Shown here piece by piece: positions 49,678-63,082 of a stretch of DNA of 64,000 nt (the first letter of the stretch is position 1; every line of letters begins with the position of its first letter). The translations under genes and the position numbers were made by a program. Source of the stretch: Octopus sinensis (taxonomy: Eukaryota); assembly GCF_006345805.1 (NCBI RefSeq), contig NC_043000.1, forward strand, positions 682,001-746,000, given 5' to 3'. The notes beneath the pieces are model-generated. The model did no database searches and was not told the origin of the DNA. It saw nothing but the letters and a program-made list of their open reading frames with translations.

Positions 49678-49718
<41 letters not shown>

Positions 49719-50104
49719 GCTGCTGCTGCTTTATCCACCCACATCAACCAAAATCCTGACAGAGTGGCTGTTATATACACCATAACCACCACCACCACTA
49801 CCACTATTACTGAAAACCACCACCTCAACTATCGCCACAACCGCCACTACAACTACTACTACTACTACTACTACCACTACTACAACTAAAGCCACAACTA
49901 CTGTCGTCGCTGTCATTGTCCGCCTTCTCTGCACCATCATCATCATCATCATCATCATCACCGGCCCCAAAAAAAATTCCAACAAAGAATAGAAAAATCA
50001 AAATACCAAAGACAACAAATCCCTAAGGATTCTTATTTAATCCCTACATAAATTCAGGGTCACTCACGGTTGAGACTATCAGCACAACACGCAACTACGT
50101 TAAC

Positions 50105-50131
50105 TCTGCGTGCTGCTGCTGCTGCTGCTAT

Positions 50132-50179
<48 letters not shown>

Positions 50180-50180
50180 G

Positions 50181-50227
<47 letters not shown>

Positions 50228-50228
50228 G

Positions 50229-50281
<53 letters not shown>

Positions 50282-50344
50282 GACGACGACGACGACGACG
50301 ACGACTACTACTGCTGCAGCTATTAATATTACAGTTGCTGTTGT

Positions 50345-50392
<48 letters not shown>

Positions 50393-50419
50393 AGCTATTA
50401 ATATTACAGTTGTTGTTGT

Positions 50420-50478
<59 letters not shown>

Positions 50479-50480
50479 TT
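50105..50480. repeat. (CTA)n/(CTG)n/(CGA)n compound array
   Basis: Direct inspection; gcagctattaatattacagttg occurs twice inside. Confidence 0.9.
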
Positions 50481-50559
50481 CAATTGGCGTTCCAGTCTTG
50501 GCTGTCTTCATCCTTTCGGTTTGCTCGAAATTGACGGTGGTAATATATTTGTTGTGGAA

Positions 50560-52030
50560 AAATACTCTACGAGTCTTCAATAACTTAATAGCCAGGGTAA
50601 CAAAACGCAACATTGATCTAAGCTGATTCTGTTGTTTCTCGGCAGGGTCACTATGCCAGTAATGAATACGAGGTCGTATCAAAAAGTTCCCGAACTCGTT
50701 CTGTGGGGCGCCAACAGATGGCAGCACTTGGTTGAGTGCGCAGTGAAAGCTAGCAGTGACCTTCATGAGGCAGCCTGTCGAGTGACGTCACTGTGTTTAC
50801 TTCGCAAGTTGTGAAATTTGATTTTTTTGTGATCACATGTATACTGTTGTTCGCGATTTTGTCATGGATGGGGGACAAAAGCCCAACGAGAAATATTGCG
50901 TTAAACTTCGGAAGTCTGCTACAGAGACATTGAGCATGCTTCGGTAATCTTACGGTGATGGGGCAGTGGGTTGTGCGCAATGTTTCGAGTGGCACAGACA
51001 CTTCAAAATCTGAAAAACGTTCCTGAAAGACGGTGGGTAGTCTGGAAGACTTGCCACGAACGTCATCCCCGGAAATGTGGTATTGTGTATCGAAAATTCG
51101 TCCACCAGAACCAGACCGTAGAGAGTTCAACTGCGACGTTTTGAAGCGTTTTAGTGGGCGCATTCGGCAAAAGCGACCTACATCCTGTCACCGAGCTCTC
51201 CACACTCGCAAGTTTCTCGCCAAAAAACAACATGGCATCGCTTCCGCACCGCCCTCTTTGCCGGATTTAGCACCTGCGAACTCCCATGTCTTCACCAAGC
51301 TGAAACTGCAGCTCAAAGGTCGCCCTTTTAACACCGTTGTCAAAATCCAGAGTGTATTACAGAAGTTCCTCGGTTCGCTCTCGGAAAACGACTTCCAAGC
51401 CGGATTCCAAAAGTGGCAGGGACGATGGGACCTGTTTATTGCGGCGCAAGGCGACTATTTCGAAGTAGATAATGCTAAAACTTGGGTAAATAAGTTATTT
51501 TTTTTATTAAACGTAACTAGTCCGGTATTCTTTTGATACCACCTCGTACAATGAAACCATGCTTGCTGCTCAGACTACTCAGATGGACAAGTCAAGTCTG
51601 ACACATGGAAAAATCCAGAATGCCGAAGACTATTTTCTAGAGTGAGCACAACCAGGGTAAAAGAGTCAGAGGTGTCCCCTCCCTCGGAAGCTTTTCAAGG
51701 GCCAACAAAAACGCCAGCTTACCCAAGCAGGGATAGACCTCGCTGAGTCGAAAGGAGTTGCAGCACAGGGGAAATCATAGCGTGATTGCATCCAGACTGG
51801 TGCAAGAAGTTCTGAGAAAGCCAGAGCTACTGCGGGGAATGAGTCATTGTCACCACCTGCCATCTGATCAAAACCTGCTCATTTGTTCCAAGCGCGCCAG
51901 ATTCTGTTACTCAAGGATCCGGTTACATAGCTATTTAAGGGCTTGCTGCCCTTCCTTATGATCTTCTGGCACGAAAAAACTGCCCTCCTCATCCCCCTCC
52001 TCCTCCTCCTCCTCATCATCATCATCATCA
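50560..52030 (+). mobile_element. RTE LINE 3' fragment interrupted by a mariner
   Basis: LLRWTSQV..MEKSRMPKTIF, QAGIDLAES and ICSKRARFCYSRIRLHSYLRAC*; (CCT/CAT)n tail. Confidence 0.75.
50669..51546 (+). mobile_element. Internally deleted mariner with TIRs and TA TSD
   Basis: ta|cgaggtcgtatcaaaa...ttttgataccacctcg|ta; CVKLRKSATETLSML and PPSLPDLAPANSHVFTKLKLQLKG..AQGDYFE. Confidence 0.9.
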
Positions 52031-52419
52031 TTATAAGTCAAGTGGTTGATCATTTAGCTAATTAACCAATAAACTAATCGGTAATTTTATTAATCGTTCG
52101 ATCAGTCAGTCAGCTTAGTTTGTCAAATGTCTTTCGTCACCATTCGCCACCTCATCATTGACGTGTCTCTCTAATCCACGTTTGATTCCATCATTATTAG
52201 CATAGTGACCCTCCCGAGATACAAAAATATGTTCCAATACTCGAATTTACATTATAAATCCTGCAAACCAAATACAAAAGCGAAGTAATTTAACTTGAAT
52301 TCACGAAAAATAATCCAGTTTTCTTGGCCCACCTTTAGATAATATAACGGCTTACATCTGATTAAGCATGATTATAATAAAATTATCAATAACAGACTGA
52401 TCCGTATTGACTCATTCTG

Positions 52420-53388
52420 TCCAGACACAACGCCTGGGATTTCAGGGGACAGGGTAAGTCGCTTACATCAACCCCATTACTCAACTGGTATTTATTTTAT
52501 CGACTCCGAACGATAATAGGCAAAGTCGACCTCGGTGAAATTTGAACTCAGAACGCGGAAACAGAGGAAACACATTTAAGTATTTTGTCCGACGAGCTAA
52601 CGATTCTTTTCTACTCTAGGCACAAGGCCCGTAATTTGGGGAGAGGGGCCATTCGATTAGATCGACCCCAGTACGCAACTGGTACTTAATTTACCGACTC
52701 CGAAAGGATGAAAGGTAAAATCGACCTCAGCGGAATTTGAACTCAGAACGTAAAGACAAATGAAATACCTATTTCTTTACTACCCACAAGGGGCTAAACA
52801 CAGAGGGGACAAACAAGGACAGACAAAGGGATTAAGTCGATTATATCGACCCCAGTGCGTAACTGGTACTTAATTTATCGACCTCGAAAGGATGAAAGGC
52901 AAAGTCGACCTAGGCGGAATTTGAACTCAGAACGTAACGGTAGACGAAATACCGCTAAGCATTTCACCGGGCGTGCTAACGATTCTTATTTCTTTATTGA
53001 CCATAAGGGGCTAAACATAGAGGGGACAAACAAGGAAAGACGAAGGGATTAAGTCAATTACATAGACTCCAGTGCGTAACTGGTACTTAATTTGTCGACC
53101 CCGAAAGGATGACAGGCAAAGTCGACCTCGGCAGAATTTGAAATCAGAACGTAGCGGCAGACTAAATACCTATTTCTTTACTACCCACAAGGGGATAAAC
53201 ACAAAGAGGACAAACAAGGACAGACAAACGGATTAAGTCGATTACATCGACTCCAGTACGTAACTGGTACTTATTTAATCGACCCTGAAAGGATGAAAGG
53301 CAAAGTCGACCTCAGAACGTAACGGCAGACGAAATACGGCTACGCATTTCGCCCGGCGTGCTAACGTTTCTGCCAACTCGCCGCCTTA
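52420..53388 (-). mobile_element. Family A SINE multimer (five units, one head)
   Basis: Head at 53388; units resume at gtatttcgtctg or aatcgttagc. Confidence 0.9.
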
Positions 53389-53499
53389 TCTTCTGCCAAG
53401 AAATTCCTATATTCGTTTAATAGGATCAACTTGGATTTCAACTTGCTTTAAGCTATAGGGTAATTCAATGGTACAATGCTGTCTTATTTAGTTGTTGCC

Positions 53500-53890
53500 T
53501 CAGTTGGAAGAAGAGGTGCCCAACTTCATTATACTGTAAGATGGTGTCCTGCCACATTGTCTGGATCACATACCCTAACATCTTCAAAAATGCTAGACTT
53601 GCCGTACCGGGGTGAATGATTTGCCATTGATGGACAGCACCCCCTCCCACACCAGGTCTCCCGTCCTAATGCCTTGTGATTTTTTCCTTTGGTCGTATCT
53701 GAAACACAAAAGTGATCATACCCCTCCTTCCACAGGATTTCCAGGAGTTAAAACAGCGTATGGACGACGCAGTCGACTCAGTTCATTAGGCTATATGCTA
53801 GCACGGATATGGCAAGAACTAGACTATCATGTTAGATGTCAGCATGTCTGCTGCTGTTTGGCTAAGAACCCATATATTGAAAATCTCTGA
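53500..53890 (+). pseudogene. Tc1/mariner transposase C-terminal remnant (RSPDLxPCDFFLW type)
   Basis: TRSPVLMPCDFFLWSYLK...RIWQELDYHV..YIENL*. Confidence 0.75.
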
Positions 53891-54853
53891 CTGTCGATAG
53901 AATCTTGAAGAGTTAACCTTTCATGTTACATCTGTTTGTTTTCTTTTTGTACTGTTCAATTTGAATTACCTAGTGGAATCTACATGTGACAGTGAGGGTG
54001 CTCTTCTAGAGACGAGACTTATCCAGTATTGTATTCAAATATTCATATATAAACCTTCAACTATATTTTTGAGAATATTTCAACTATATTTCACAGCCAA
54101 GCGAAGGAGCTTCTGCGTGTTTATTTTACCTACCAAATGCTGAACCCAAATATCCATAAACGAAATTTTTACTATCTTTAACATAAGAGCCTAAGGTTCC
54201 AAATCTTAAGTATTATTTCTGATTTAGGCAGAAAACAAGCCATTTTAAAAGGAAAAAGTTAATCGATTAAATCAATGTTAGCATTGACTGACTCTTTATT
54301 TTATCGATCCCGAAAAGATGAAAAGTAAAGTTGACTTCGACAGTATTTGAACTCAAAAGGTAAGGAGCTGAAATGAATACCCAGAAGCATTTCCCAAAGC
54401 TTCAACGATTCTGCCTATCCTCTGCCTTTGTAAGTTCAAAATATTAAAGCAGTATTCCCAACGACAAATATTGAGAACCGATGACTGGAACACAGATTTA
54501 ATCATCTGTTATTAATTAAGCACGTCCGTGTTATGTGTCTAGCTGTGCATAACTAACTGCAACTACACCACAAAACACCATTATTTCCGTTCAACATCAC
54601 TAACATCACAGGCGCCGCCATTATCAGCGGCGGCCTATACTAATATATACCGCAGCCATTACTCCCCCGTCACCGGTACACAACCTTAGTCAATATCAAC
54701 GCAACCACCACCACCAACTCTGGCACCGTCGCCGCCGCCGCCTAACACTCATTTTCTACTCTTCTACCTCATCATCACCAGACCTGTGTCGTTTCTACTT
54801 TTACTTCCACCACAACCACTCACCACCTCAAAACACGACGACTAATGTCAGGT

Positions 54854-54895
<42 letters not shown>

Positions 54896-55209
54896 ACGCA
54901 CGTTCTAACAGAGACATGCACGAACACACCAAGTGATTGAGACATCGATGCATAGAGATAAACTAAGACATGCTCAAACAACACATTAAGAAACACACAC
55001 ACACGTACACATACTCAGATATAACCCAAAGGCTTATAACGTACAGCAAAACACACAGATGGTCCTACACGCACATACACACAAACAACACTCACGCACA
55101 CACATAAACACGAATTTACTTGAATACTCACACGTGTAAATAAGGATATAACAGTCTTAGAGGGAGATTTTATCCAGTAATCACTTGGATAATCTTTGCT
55201 CACTATCGT

Positions 55210-55588
55210 AGCAATCCGTCGGTTACGACGACGAGGGTTCCAGTAGATCCGATCAACGGAACAGCCTGCTCGTGAAATGAACGTGTAAGTGGCTAAGCAC
55301 TTCACAAACTTGTGTACTCTTAGCGTAGTCCTCGGGGAGATTCGGCGTGACACAGAGTGGGACAAGGCTGGCCTTTGAAATAAAGGTACAACAGAAACAG
55401 GAAGAAAGAGGAAGAGAAATTTGTGGTGAAAGAGTACAGCAGGCTTCACCACCAACCCCTGCCGGAGGCTCGTGGAACTTTAGGCGTTTTTGCTCAATAA
55501 ACACTCACAACGCTCGGTCTGGGAATCGAAACCGCGTCACTACGACCGCGAATCCGCTGCTCTCACCAGTGGGCCATTGCACCTCCAC
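55210..55588 (-). mobile_element. Family C1 (OR1-like) SINE
   Basis: Full reverse copy; gctcactat repeated on both flanks. Confidence 0.9.
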
Positions 55589-56171
55589 TTAGCTCACTAT
55601 GCCACATGTGGGATACAACATCTCTTTAGTAAGCAAAAAGTTCGTCTGCCGTATTATCTCTCAACCATATCGTTTATACATATTATCAATGTCATGTAAA
55701 CTCTTTATATGCCTATTGACATAATGATCAATTTTAGAAATTAATGTATCAATAATATAATATTCTTCACTGAAGATGACAAATAAAACCGAAACATGAC
55801 AGTTGCTTTTACCAGTGGGATTTAATAACTGTATCAACTGAAATTCATATTAGTTTTGTTGTCCAAAAATTTCGATCGACTCATCTTATTAAGTTTATCT
55901 TCCTTTGTCTCTGCTGTTTGAATTTAAACACACCTTTGTGGGAATATGTGTTGACTAGTTGCATGGATGATCTCAGCTTATGAAAAGTTTTCATCTCATT
56001 GTATTACATATGTGAGACTCTAACGTATTTGTAGACAGGCGTGGACAACTCTGATATTAGTAATGAAGGAGTTTTAAAGTACCAGTAGAACCAACTTTAG
56101 TAGCTGCATATTATTATTATTTTTGTTGTTGTTATTGTTGTTATTATTATTATTATTGTTGTTGTTATTGC

Positions 56172-56282
<111 letters not shown>

Positions 56283-56339
56283 GGAACAATGCTAGAGAAC
56301 TGCTGTTGAACTATGAACATGTGTAATTCTGCAGTTTCA

Positions 56340-56518
56340 AGAATGAAAAATAGGAAAGCGAAATAAAAAGGAAATGCGAGAAAAAAGCACCGAGGAAAAG
56401 AGAAATGGAGAGAAAGGAGATGAAAGAGAGAGAGAAATAAAGTGAGAGTGAGGAAAAGAGAAAGAGACAGAGAGAATAGAGTAGAAGCGAGAAAGAGGTC
56501 GGGAGAAACAGATAAAGA

Positions 56519-56557
<39 letters not shown>

Positions 56558-56875
56558 GGGATAGACATTTGATTTTGTTGTTTGTTTCAGTCATTAGACT
56601 GCGGCCATGCTGGGGCAGAAAGAGTGAGAGAGAGAATGGGGAGACAGAGAGACAGAGAGAGAGACAGAAATAGGGAGAGAAAGACAGAAAGAGGGAGAGA
56701 AAGGGAGAGAAGGGACTGACAGAGAGACAGAAAGAAAGAAAGAGAGAGAGAAAGAGAGTGGGCGAGAGAAAGAGAGAGAGAAAGAGAAATTGAGAGAGAG
56801 AGGAAGAGTGAGAGAGAGAGAGTAGATGGATAGATAGATAAATAAAGAGAGAAAGAGAGAGAGAAGGAATATGTA
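56340..56875. repeat. Purine-rich (GA)n-type tract
   Basis: Almost exclusively A/G, with a short family B tail fragment at ~56580. Confidence 0.85.
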
Positions 56876-57298
56876 AGTTCTTTTAATCTGAAGTGAAAAG
56901 AGGTACCGGAAGTACAGCTGTGGACGAAAATAACTGGACCTCTATGTCCAGCATATAGGGGAAGCTGCGAAGTTAAACATTGACATAACTGAACACGTAC
57001 TTAGTGAGAAATATATAGCAGGGGTAGTGGTGGCGATGGTGGAGGTGGTGGATGGCTGGTCTATTGTAGGGGTAGGTTAGGGGTCAGGGTTCGCTATCTC
57101 GAGACCGGATATATGACCTGCAGTGCCAGGATAAATCTAGCAGAGGGAAAAGTAAAAACAATCCGTAACTAGGACAACTTTGTCAGCGACAGTAATAACA
57201 GAATTATTATTATTATGAGTACCAGTTGAGTACTGGGGTCGATGTAATCGATTTGTCCGCTTCTTCGAAATTGCTAGCCTCGTGCCAAAATTTGTAGC

Positions 57299-57365
<67 letters not shown>

Positions 57366-57761
57366 GAGTGAGGGAGCAGTGCATGTCATCAAAGTGACAC
57401 TGGGGTAAAATATACGAAGCCCAGTATACCCATCATGACTACCCTTCGGATAAGGGTACACCAGGCACATGCATCACAGCCATATGTGCACGACATGGTG
57501 ATCTCATATCAAGATAAACAGTACATGACCTTGCAGATGGGGCCCAGTTAGAATTTTCTTCTGGTCGAGTAGCTCATCCCACTCAAAAGATCCCTGAATA
57601 AGGGTTGTTTAAGGATGTTGAAAGAACCACCCATATTTCCAGAGGTGAATTATTCAAACCCCAAAGAATTCCTCTCAATACATGGCTATGATGCTCCCCC
57701 AATACTTCTGCTCGTGATCACTAAGGGACATGCTCAACTGGTTACGGTCAAACAGCTGACA
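57366..57761 (-). mobile_element. Family D retroposon
   Basis: Follows (TAT)n; matches 26338-26733. Confidence 0.88.
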
Positions 57762-57762
57762 T

Positions 57763-57830
<68 letters not shown>

Positions 57831-57838
57831 TTATTATT

Positions 57839-58171
57839 GAGTGACAGAGCACTGGGAGTACAAATATACGAAGCTCAATATACTCATCATGACTACCCAA
57901 CTGATAAGGGTATACCAGGCACATGCATCACAACCATATGTGCACGACATGGTGAGCTCATATCAAGTTAGAATTTTTTCAGCTCGAGTAGCCCGTCCCG
58001 CTCTAAAGCTCCCCGAATAAAGTTTGTTTAACGACGATGTTTTTAGAGGTGATTTATTCAAACCCTAAAGAATTCCTCTCAAAATATGGCTACAATGCTC
58101 CCCCTACAAACATACTTCTGCTCGTGATCAGAGATGCACATATCGTTAGCAACCAAAGGACATGCTCAGCT
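57839..58171 (-). mobile_element. Family D retroposon, tandem second copy with deletions
   Basis: Follows (CTA)n-ttattatt. Confidence 0.8.
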
Positions 58172-58196
58172 GCGCATATAACCTTTTATATTTAAA

Positions 58197-58556
58197 CTAG
58201 CATTATGACCCGGCAACGCCGGGTCATAGTGCTAGTGCATGCATATACAGCTGCGTGCGTGCGCAAATACACGCGAGTACTGTCCAAATTTCCGACCAAT
58301 CATATACAGCTAGTTGACATTCAATTGGCGTATCAAGTTTCGGGCATTTTGATTGGGCTTTGGATAGAAAATTCACAAAAAAGTCACTTCTATTGATTTT
58401 TTAATGGCTTTGCGGAGTGACTGGGGAAATGTGAAGTTGTGCACGACCATCCTTGGACGGTTTTGAATGACCATAGGAAGTGCGAGCTCTCTAACTGAAA
58501 AATTGTGGATTTGTATAAAGGACACACATACAGACATTTTGCTGTTTATATATATA
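58197..58556 (-). mobile_element. Non-autonomous Helitron with a long palindromic 3' end
   Basis: actagcattatgacccggc-aac-gccgggtcatagtgctagt; tatatataaacagcaaaatgtctgtatgtg 5' end. Confidence 0.7.
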
Positions 58557-58950
58557 CTAGCAGTATCGCCCGGCGTTGCTCGGGTTTGTAAGGGAAATAA
58601 CTATATAAGCATTTTTAGAGAGTTATAGCCAAAAAATAGCAAAAAAATGCATTAAAAATTGAAAAAAAATGAAGGTAATTTTTTTTTAAAATCGTTGACA
58701 CATCGTAGATATTTTAGAGAGTTACTTCCCTTATATAAAAGCGAAAAAAATGCATTAAAATGGAAAAATATGATGGTAATTTTTTTTAAATCGTAGACTC
58801 ATCGTAGACGCGCGCTAATACCCAGAAGGGCTCGATATGAATCGCGACTATAAGATACCCGCTTTTGGTTAAACTGCACCGCAAAATGTGGGAGTAGTTA
58901 CGAATCTAAATCGTAGGAGACAGACACACAACTTCACTCTTATATAAAGA
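58557..58950 (-). mobile_element. Non-autonomous Helitron
   Basis: a|TCtttatataag 5' end, hairpin plus CTAG|t 3' end; homolog of 13885-14523. Confidence 0.85.
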
Positions 58951-59279
58951 TGCTTTTTTTTTTCAGTCATAGAGTTAGATTTATGAAGGTCTTCAGTAGA
59001 AAATCCTTCGAATTCTGACTCGCTGCTTGATATAATGAAATTCGCATCCATTTTTTGTCAGAATTACAAATTTTGAAAACACAATAGGAACAAATTTCGG
59101 AAAAAAATCTCCCATAATTCACGGAATTAAAATTACACTTCGATTTTTGTACAAAACTGTATTTGAAGTGTTTACGAAGTATAATACGTGTTTTCACGAA
59201 TGTACTAAAGAGATTTACTCTGATATTCTCATTTAATATGAATAGGTAAATTCGGGCGGTTTGGTAACGAAAGGGTTAA
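58951..59279 (-). mobile_element. piggyBac-like 5' end
   Basis: TTAA|CCCTTTcgttacc terminus; acidic start MDANFIISSSESEFEGFSTEDL cut by the Helitron. Confidence 0.5.
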
Positions 59280-59349
59280 ACGGATGCATACATTTATTAA
59301 TAACTATATATAAGTGTCGTCTGTTTATACATAAACACTGTTTCATACT

Positions 59350-59815
59350 TTCAATTTAGTCTTCCTCAAATCACTCTGTCGCTATTTACTCTCTTCCAAG
59401 AACATTTTCACTCACTCTTATCTCTTAGCTTGCCATACATTTTACTCATGTATCTATCAGCGTGATAGACAGAAACAAATATTACATCGCCATCGCCATC
59501 GCCATCGCATTCTATTGTCTACCTGTCAACACACACACAGTGAATTAGTTTCACTTTATTCGTTGCACACTGTGTGTGTGCGTTTGCGTGTGCTGTAAAC
59601 CAGACTAAGAAAAGCATTTGACATACACACCAGAATGTGAGTTTTCTGTAAATTTTGCTTAATTGGAGTTTAAATTTTAAAAACTGGACCTGGCATGACC
59701 CGATGCATTCTACTCTTAAAAATGCTAGGTAAATTGTAATTGAAGAAATCCTATATTGTAGATTTCTATAAGTGACAAAGGGAGGCAGATAAAATCTGCC
59801 TTTTATAATAAGAGA
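59350..59815 (-). mobile_element. Helitron-like 5' fragment
   Basis: Reverse homolog of 12378-12800. Confidence 0.6.
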
Positions 59816-60419
59816 TAGAGAGATATATCCAAAACTGTGTTTTGGTGGCCGACGCGGTAGAGTTGAAAGCTATAAAGCTTTGTAGTAATTAGTATATTCT
59901 TTTGGACGCTCGGTGTTCGATTCCCGTTCCATTTTCCTAGGTTTTAATTTCATCCGAGAGTAGAATCAAATTATTGTTAGTCGTGTAGTGGCGTCAATTC
60001 GATCAATTATTTCTCACCTTCAGTTATGTGTGCCCTTGCATTTAATGCTAGAAATCGATATACATGATTGGGGAGAAAGAAAGAGAGCATGTATGTTTGT
60101 CTGTGTGAATATTTGAATTAGCACTTTGGTGCATTTTTAGCGAAGGCTGAAAGTTCAACATTAGCCATTTATAGCTTCTAAACCATTGAACAACTATTTA
60201 CCGTTGTCGAATACTAATTAATTGCTAAAATGCCACAACACATCATGAATTAAATATTACCATATATTGTTCTCAGTGAAAGCAGATCTTCTGTTTCATA
60301 AGGATTGTGGTGGTGAGATGAGGCATCTGTGATTCTGAAGCATATATTAGTGGAATATACTAAAAACAGAGGACAATATATGTTAAATTGTTATTTTATT
60401 TATTATTCATGTATAGCTA

Positions 60420-61080
60420 TAAGTTGGCGAGCTGGCAGAAACGTTAGCACGCCGAGCGAAATGCTTAGTATTTCGTTCTGAGTTCAAATTCCGCCGAGGT
60501 CGATTTTGCCTTTCATCCTTTTGGGGTCGATAAATTAAGTACGAGTTACGCACTGGGGCTGATCTAATCGATATAATCCCTTTGTCTGAGCTTGTTTGTC
60601 CTCTCTATGTTTAGCCCCTTGTGGGCAATAAAGAAATAAGAGACGTTAGCATGTCGGACGAAATGCTTCGCAGTATTTCGTTCGTATTTACGTTCTGTGT
60701 TCAAATTTGCCTTTCATCCTTTCAGGGTCGATAAACTTAAATACCAGTTGCCTACTGGAATCGATGTAATCGTCTGGCGCCCCTCCCCACAAAATTTCGG
60801 GCCTTGTTCCTAGAGTAGAAAAGAATCGTCATCACTCTGGACAAAATACTTAGCAGTATTTCGTCTGTCTTTACGTTCTGAGTTCAAATTCTGCTGAGGT
60901 CAACTGTGCCTTCCATCCTTTCGGGGTCGATAAATTAAGTACTAGTTGAACACTGGGGAGAGGGCGTGAAATCAATCTATATCACCCTCCATAAAATTTC
61001 CGGCCTTGTGCCAAAACTTGAAAGCATTATTTATATACAACTATAAAGCTGCAAGCTGGCAGATTTTTTAGCATGCTGGA
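60420..61080 (+). mobile_element. Family A SINE multimer
   Basis: Head then 3-4 bodies resuming at aataagagacgttagc or aagaatcgtc. Confidence 0.88.
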
Positions 61081-61111
61081 CAAAATGCTTCGTCTTCATG
61101 TTCTGAAGATA

Positions 61112-61253
61112 TGGGGTCAATTTTTGTGGTTGTATACACCAAAATCGACGTAACATACCCTAACTTCCAATTTGCACCCCGAACAACAAAACTTTGCTTT
61201 GCTGTGTTTGCAACATGCTCCCAGATTAGGTACAACCACAAAAATTGATCCCT
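61112..61253. mobile_element. Small MITE, ~22-bp TIRs
   Basis: ggggtcaatttttgtggttgta...tacaaccacaaaaattgatccc with TA at the flanks. Confidence 0.55.
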
Positions 61254-61775
61254 TATCGCATGGGCTGCTCAAGTGCACAAAGCATCAAATTTAGGGATTA
61301 CGTAAAGCTGACTTCAGTACTTGATTTGTATTTGATTTATCGAGCCAGAAGGAGGAACTGGCTGATATGCACCACGGGATGTGAGTTCCTCGCGTTAGTC
61401 GTAGAGTGTTTCTGGTATTAACAGCAGTACGGGCTCTATTACCTACGTCATTGTGGTCAAAATGAAGTTGCAGTTATAGATGATACTACAGTGGCCAGCT
61501 ATCATATTTTTTCGGCTATCTGCGTTGTTGTTCTAATGTAACAACTTTCTCCTTGTTGAACACTTCCATGAATGAACTATATTCAGATTAGAGCCTTTCA
61601 AAAGCCGTGGAATGGTGTGATTGTCTAAATATGAGTCGTCTTCACGTGTAATGATGTCATGAAGTTGATTCCTAATAGAATTGTTGGCACAATGTCGTGA
61701 CATACGACATGTCTTGGACACATTGTAAACCTGACGGGGCCAGTAACATTCCAGACCCGACCACAGTCGATTACT

Positions 61776-61832
<57 letters not shown>

Positions 61833-61835
<3 letters not shown>

Positions 61836-62030
61836 CCAAACAAGAAAGCACAAAAAGACACAACAATGCGAGGACGTGGAACAAATATAGCTCAGGAAAG
61901 AAGGAAAGAAGGAGGGTTTAACGTTTCGAGCGGAGCTCTTCGTCGGAAACATAGGAGAAGGAAAGATCCAGAGAAGGGAAGACAGAGGAAAAAAAATCGC
62001 CAAACGGTACACACGAGGTCACATATATTT
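61833..62030 (-). mobile_element. Penelope-like terminal repeat abutting (GA)n
   Basis: caacaatgcgaggacgtgg...aacgtttcgagcggagctcttcgtcggaaac; homolog of 19970-20150. Confidence 0.7.
61916..61950 (-). ncRNA. Minimal hammerhead with a U4-to-C core variant
   Basis: gttt CCGACGA a gagc-tcc-gctc GAAAC GTT aaac. Confidence 0.6.
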
Positions 62031-62085
62031 ATGTATGCATATATGTGTGTTATATATATTTATGTATGTGTGTTATGTATTTATG

Positions 62086-62150
<65 letters not shown>

Positions 62151-62156
<6 letters not shown>

Positions 62157-63082
62157 TATGTGTGTGTACATATAAGTATATACATATATTCATTTATACG
62201 TTTCAGTGCTAAGGCTGTGGCCATACTGAGGGTACGTACACACACACACACATACACACATATATATATAACAATCTCGAAGGGATTACCACAGAGCAAT
62301 GTACCCGACGCTCTAACGCATCTGCCGATTGTGCTTTTCATACCATTGAATAGTGATATGAACCAACTCTGCATACATCTCCTGTTGAAATGCTCAATCC
62401 AGTGTTGAACCCGAAACCAAAATTTGTGAAGCACAATGAAATGAAGTATGTTTATACAACAGTGGGTGCCATGTTTAAATTCTGCGATTCTGGTGTCCAT
62501 GTGACAATAAGATTTAAATTGCATTCGACTCGGTCCAGCAACTGATAACCAATCAAATCACATAACATCCTTTGCAAGTCTTGTTTACTCAAACTGATTT
62601 TTTCCCACAAACAGCAACTACAATGTTGTATCGTCCCCGTTAATGATAAATATTTGGTCATTTGTCGGGCGTTTACAACCTACCACTCACACCACACATA
62701 CATACTACATAGATGAGGGCAGACGTTGATGCATACACACACACACACGCAAACACATACACATACACACGAACGGAACCCCCATGCATCCACACACACA
62801 CGAACTGAACCCCCCCCCCACGCTTCCACACACACACGCAAGCACACACATATACATAATTTTATTCACATTTTTATAGTCTTTAGGTGTGTATGTATAT
62901 ATGTATGTATGTATGTATATGCGTATATGTATGTATGTATGCATGCATGTATGTATGTATATATGTGTGTGTGCGTGTGTGCGTGTGTGTGTGTGTATGT
63001 ACGTACCCTCAGAATGGCCACAACCTTGGCACTGAAACGTATAAAAGAGTATATTTATATACTTATATGTACACACACATAC

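Noticed and set aside
50620-50665. Strong splice acceptor tttctcggcag|
   Set aside because: Lies within the RTE fragment split by the mariner.
52420-53388. CRISPR-like or satellite array
   Set aside because: Units are ~190-bp SINE bodies with no unique spacers; eukaryotic context.
55760-55805. Hammerhead-like CTGAAGA...GAAAC
   Set aside because: Stem II does not pair and the GUH triplet is absent; at best a dead Penelope-type relic.
59838-59935. tRNA-like A/B boxes
   Set aside because: No cloverleaf and no second copy in the window; probably a decayed SINE head.
61533-61780. Minus-strand open frame after a (TC)n acceptor-like tract
   Set aside because: No recognisable motif; the pyrimidine tract is a microsatellite.
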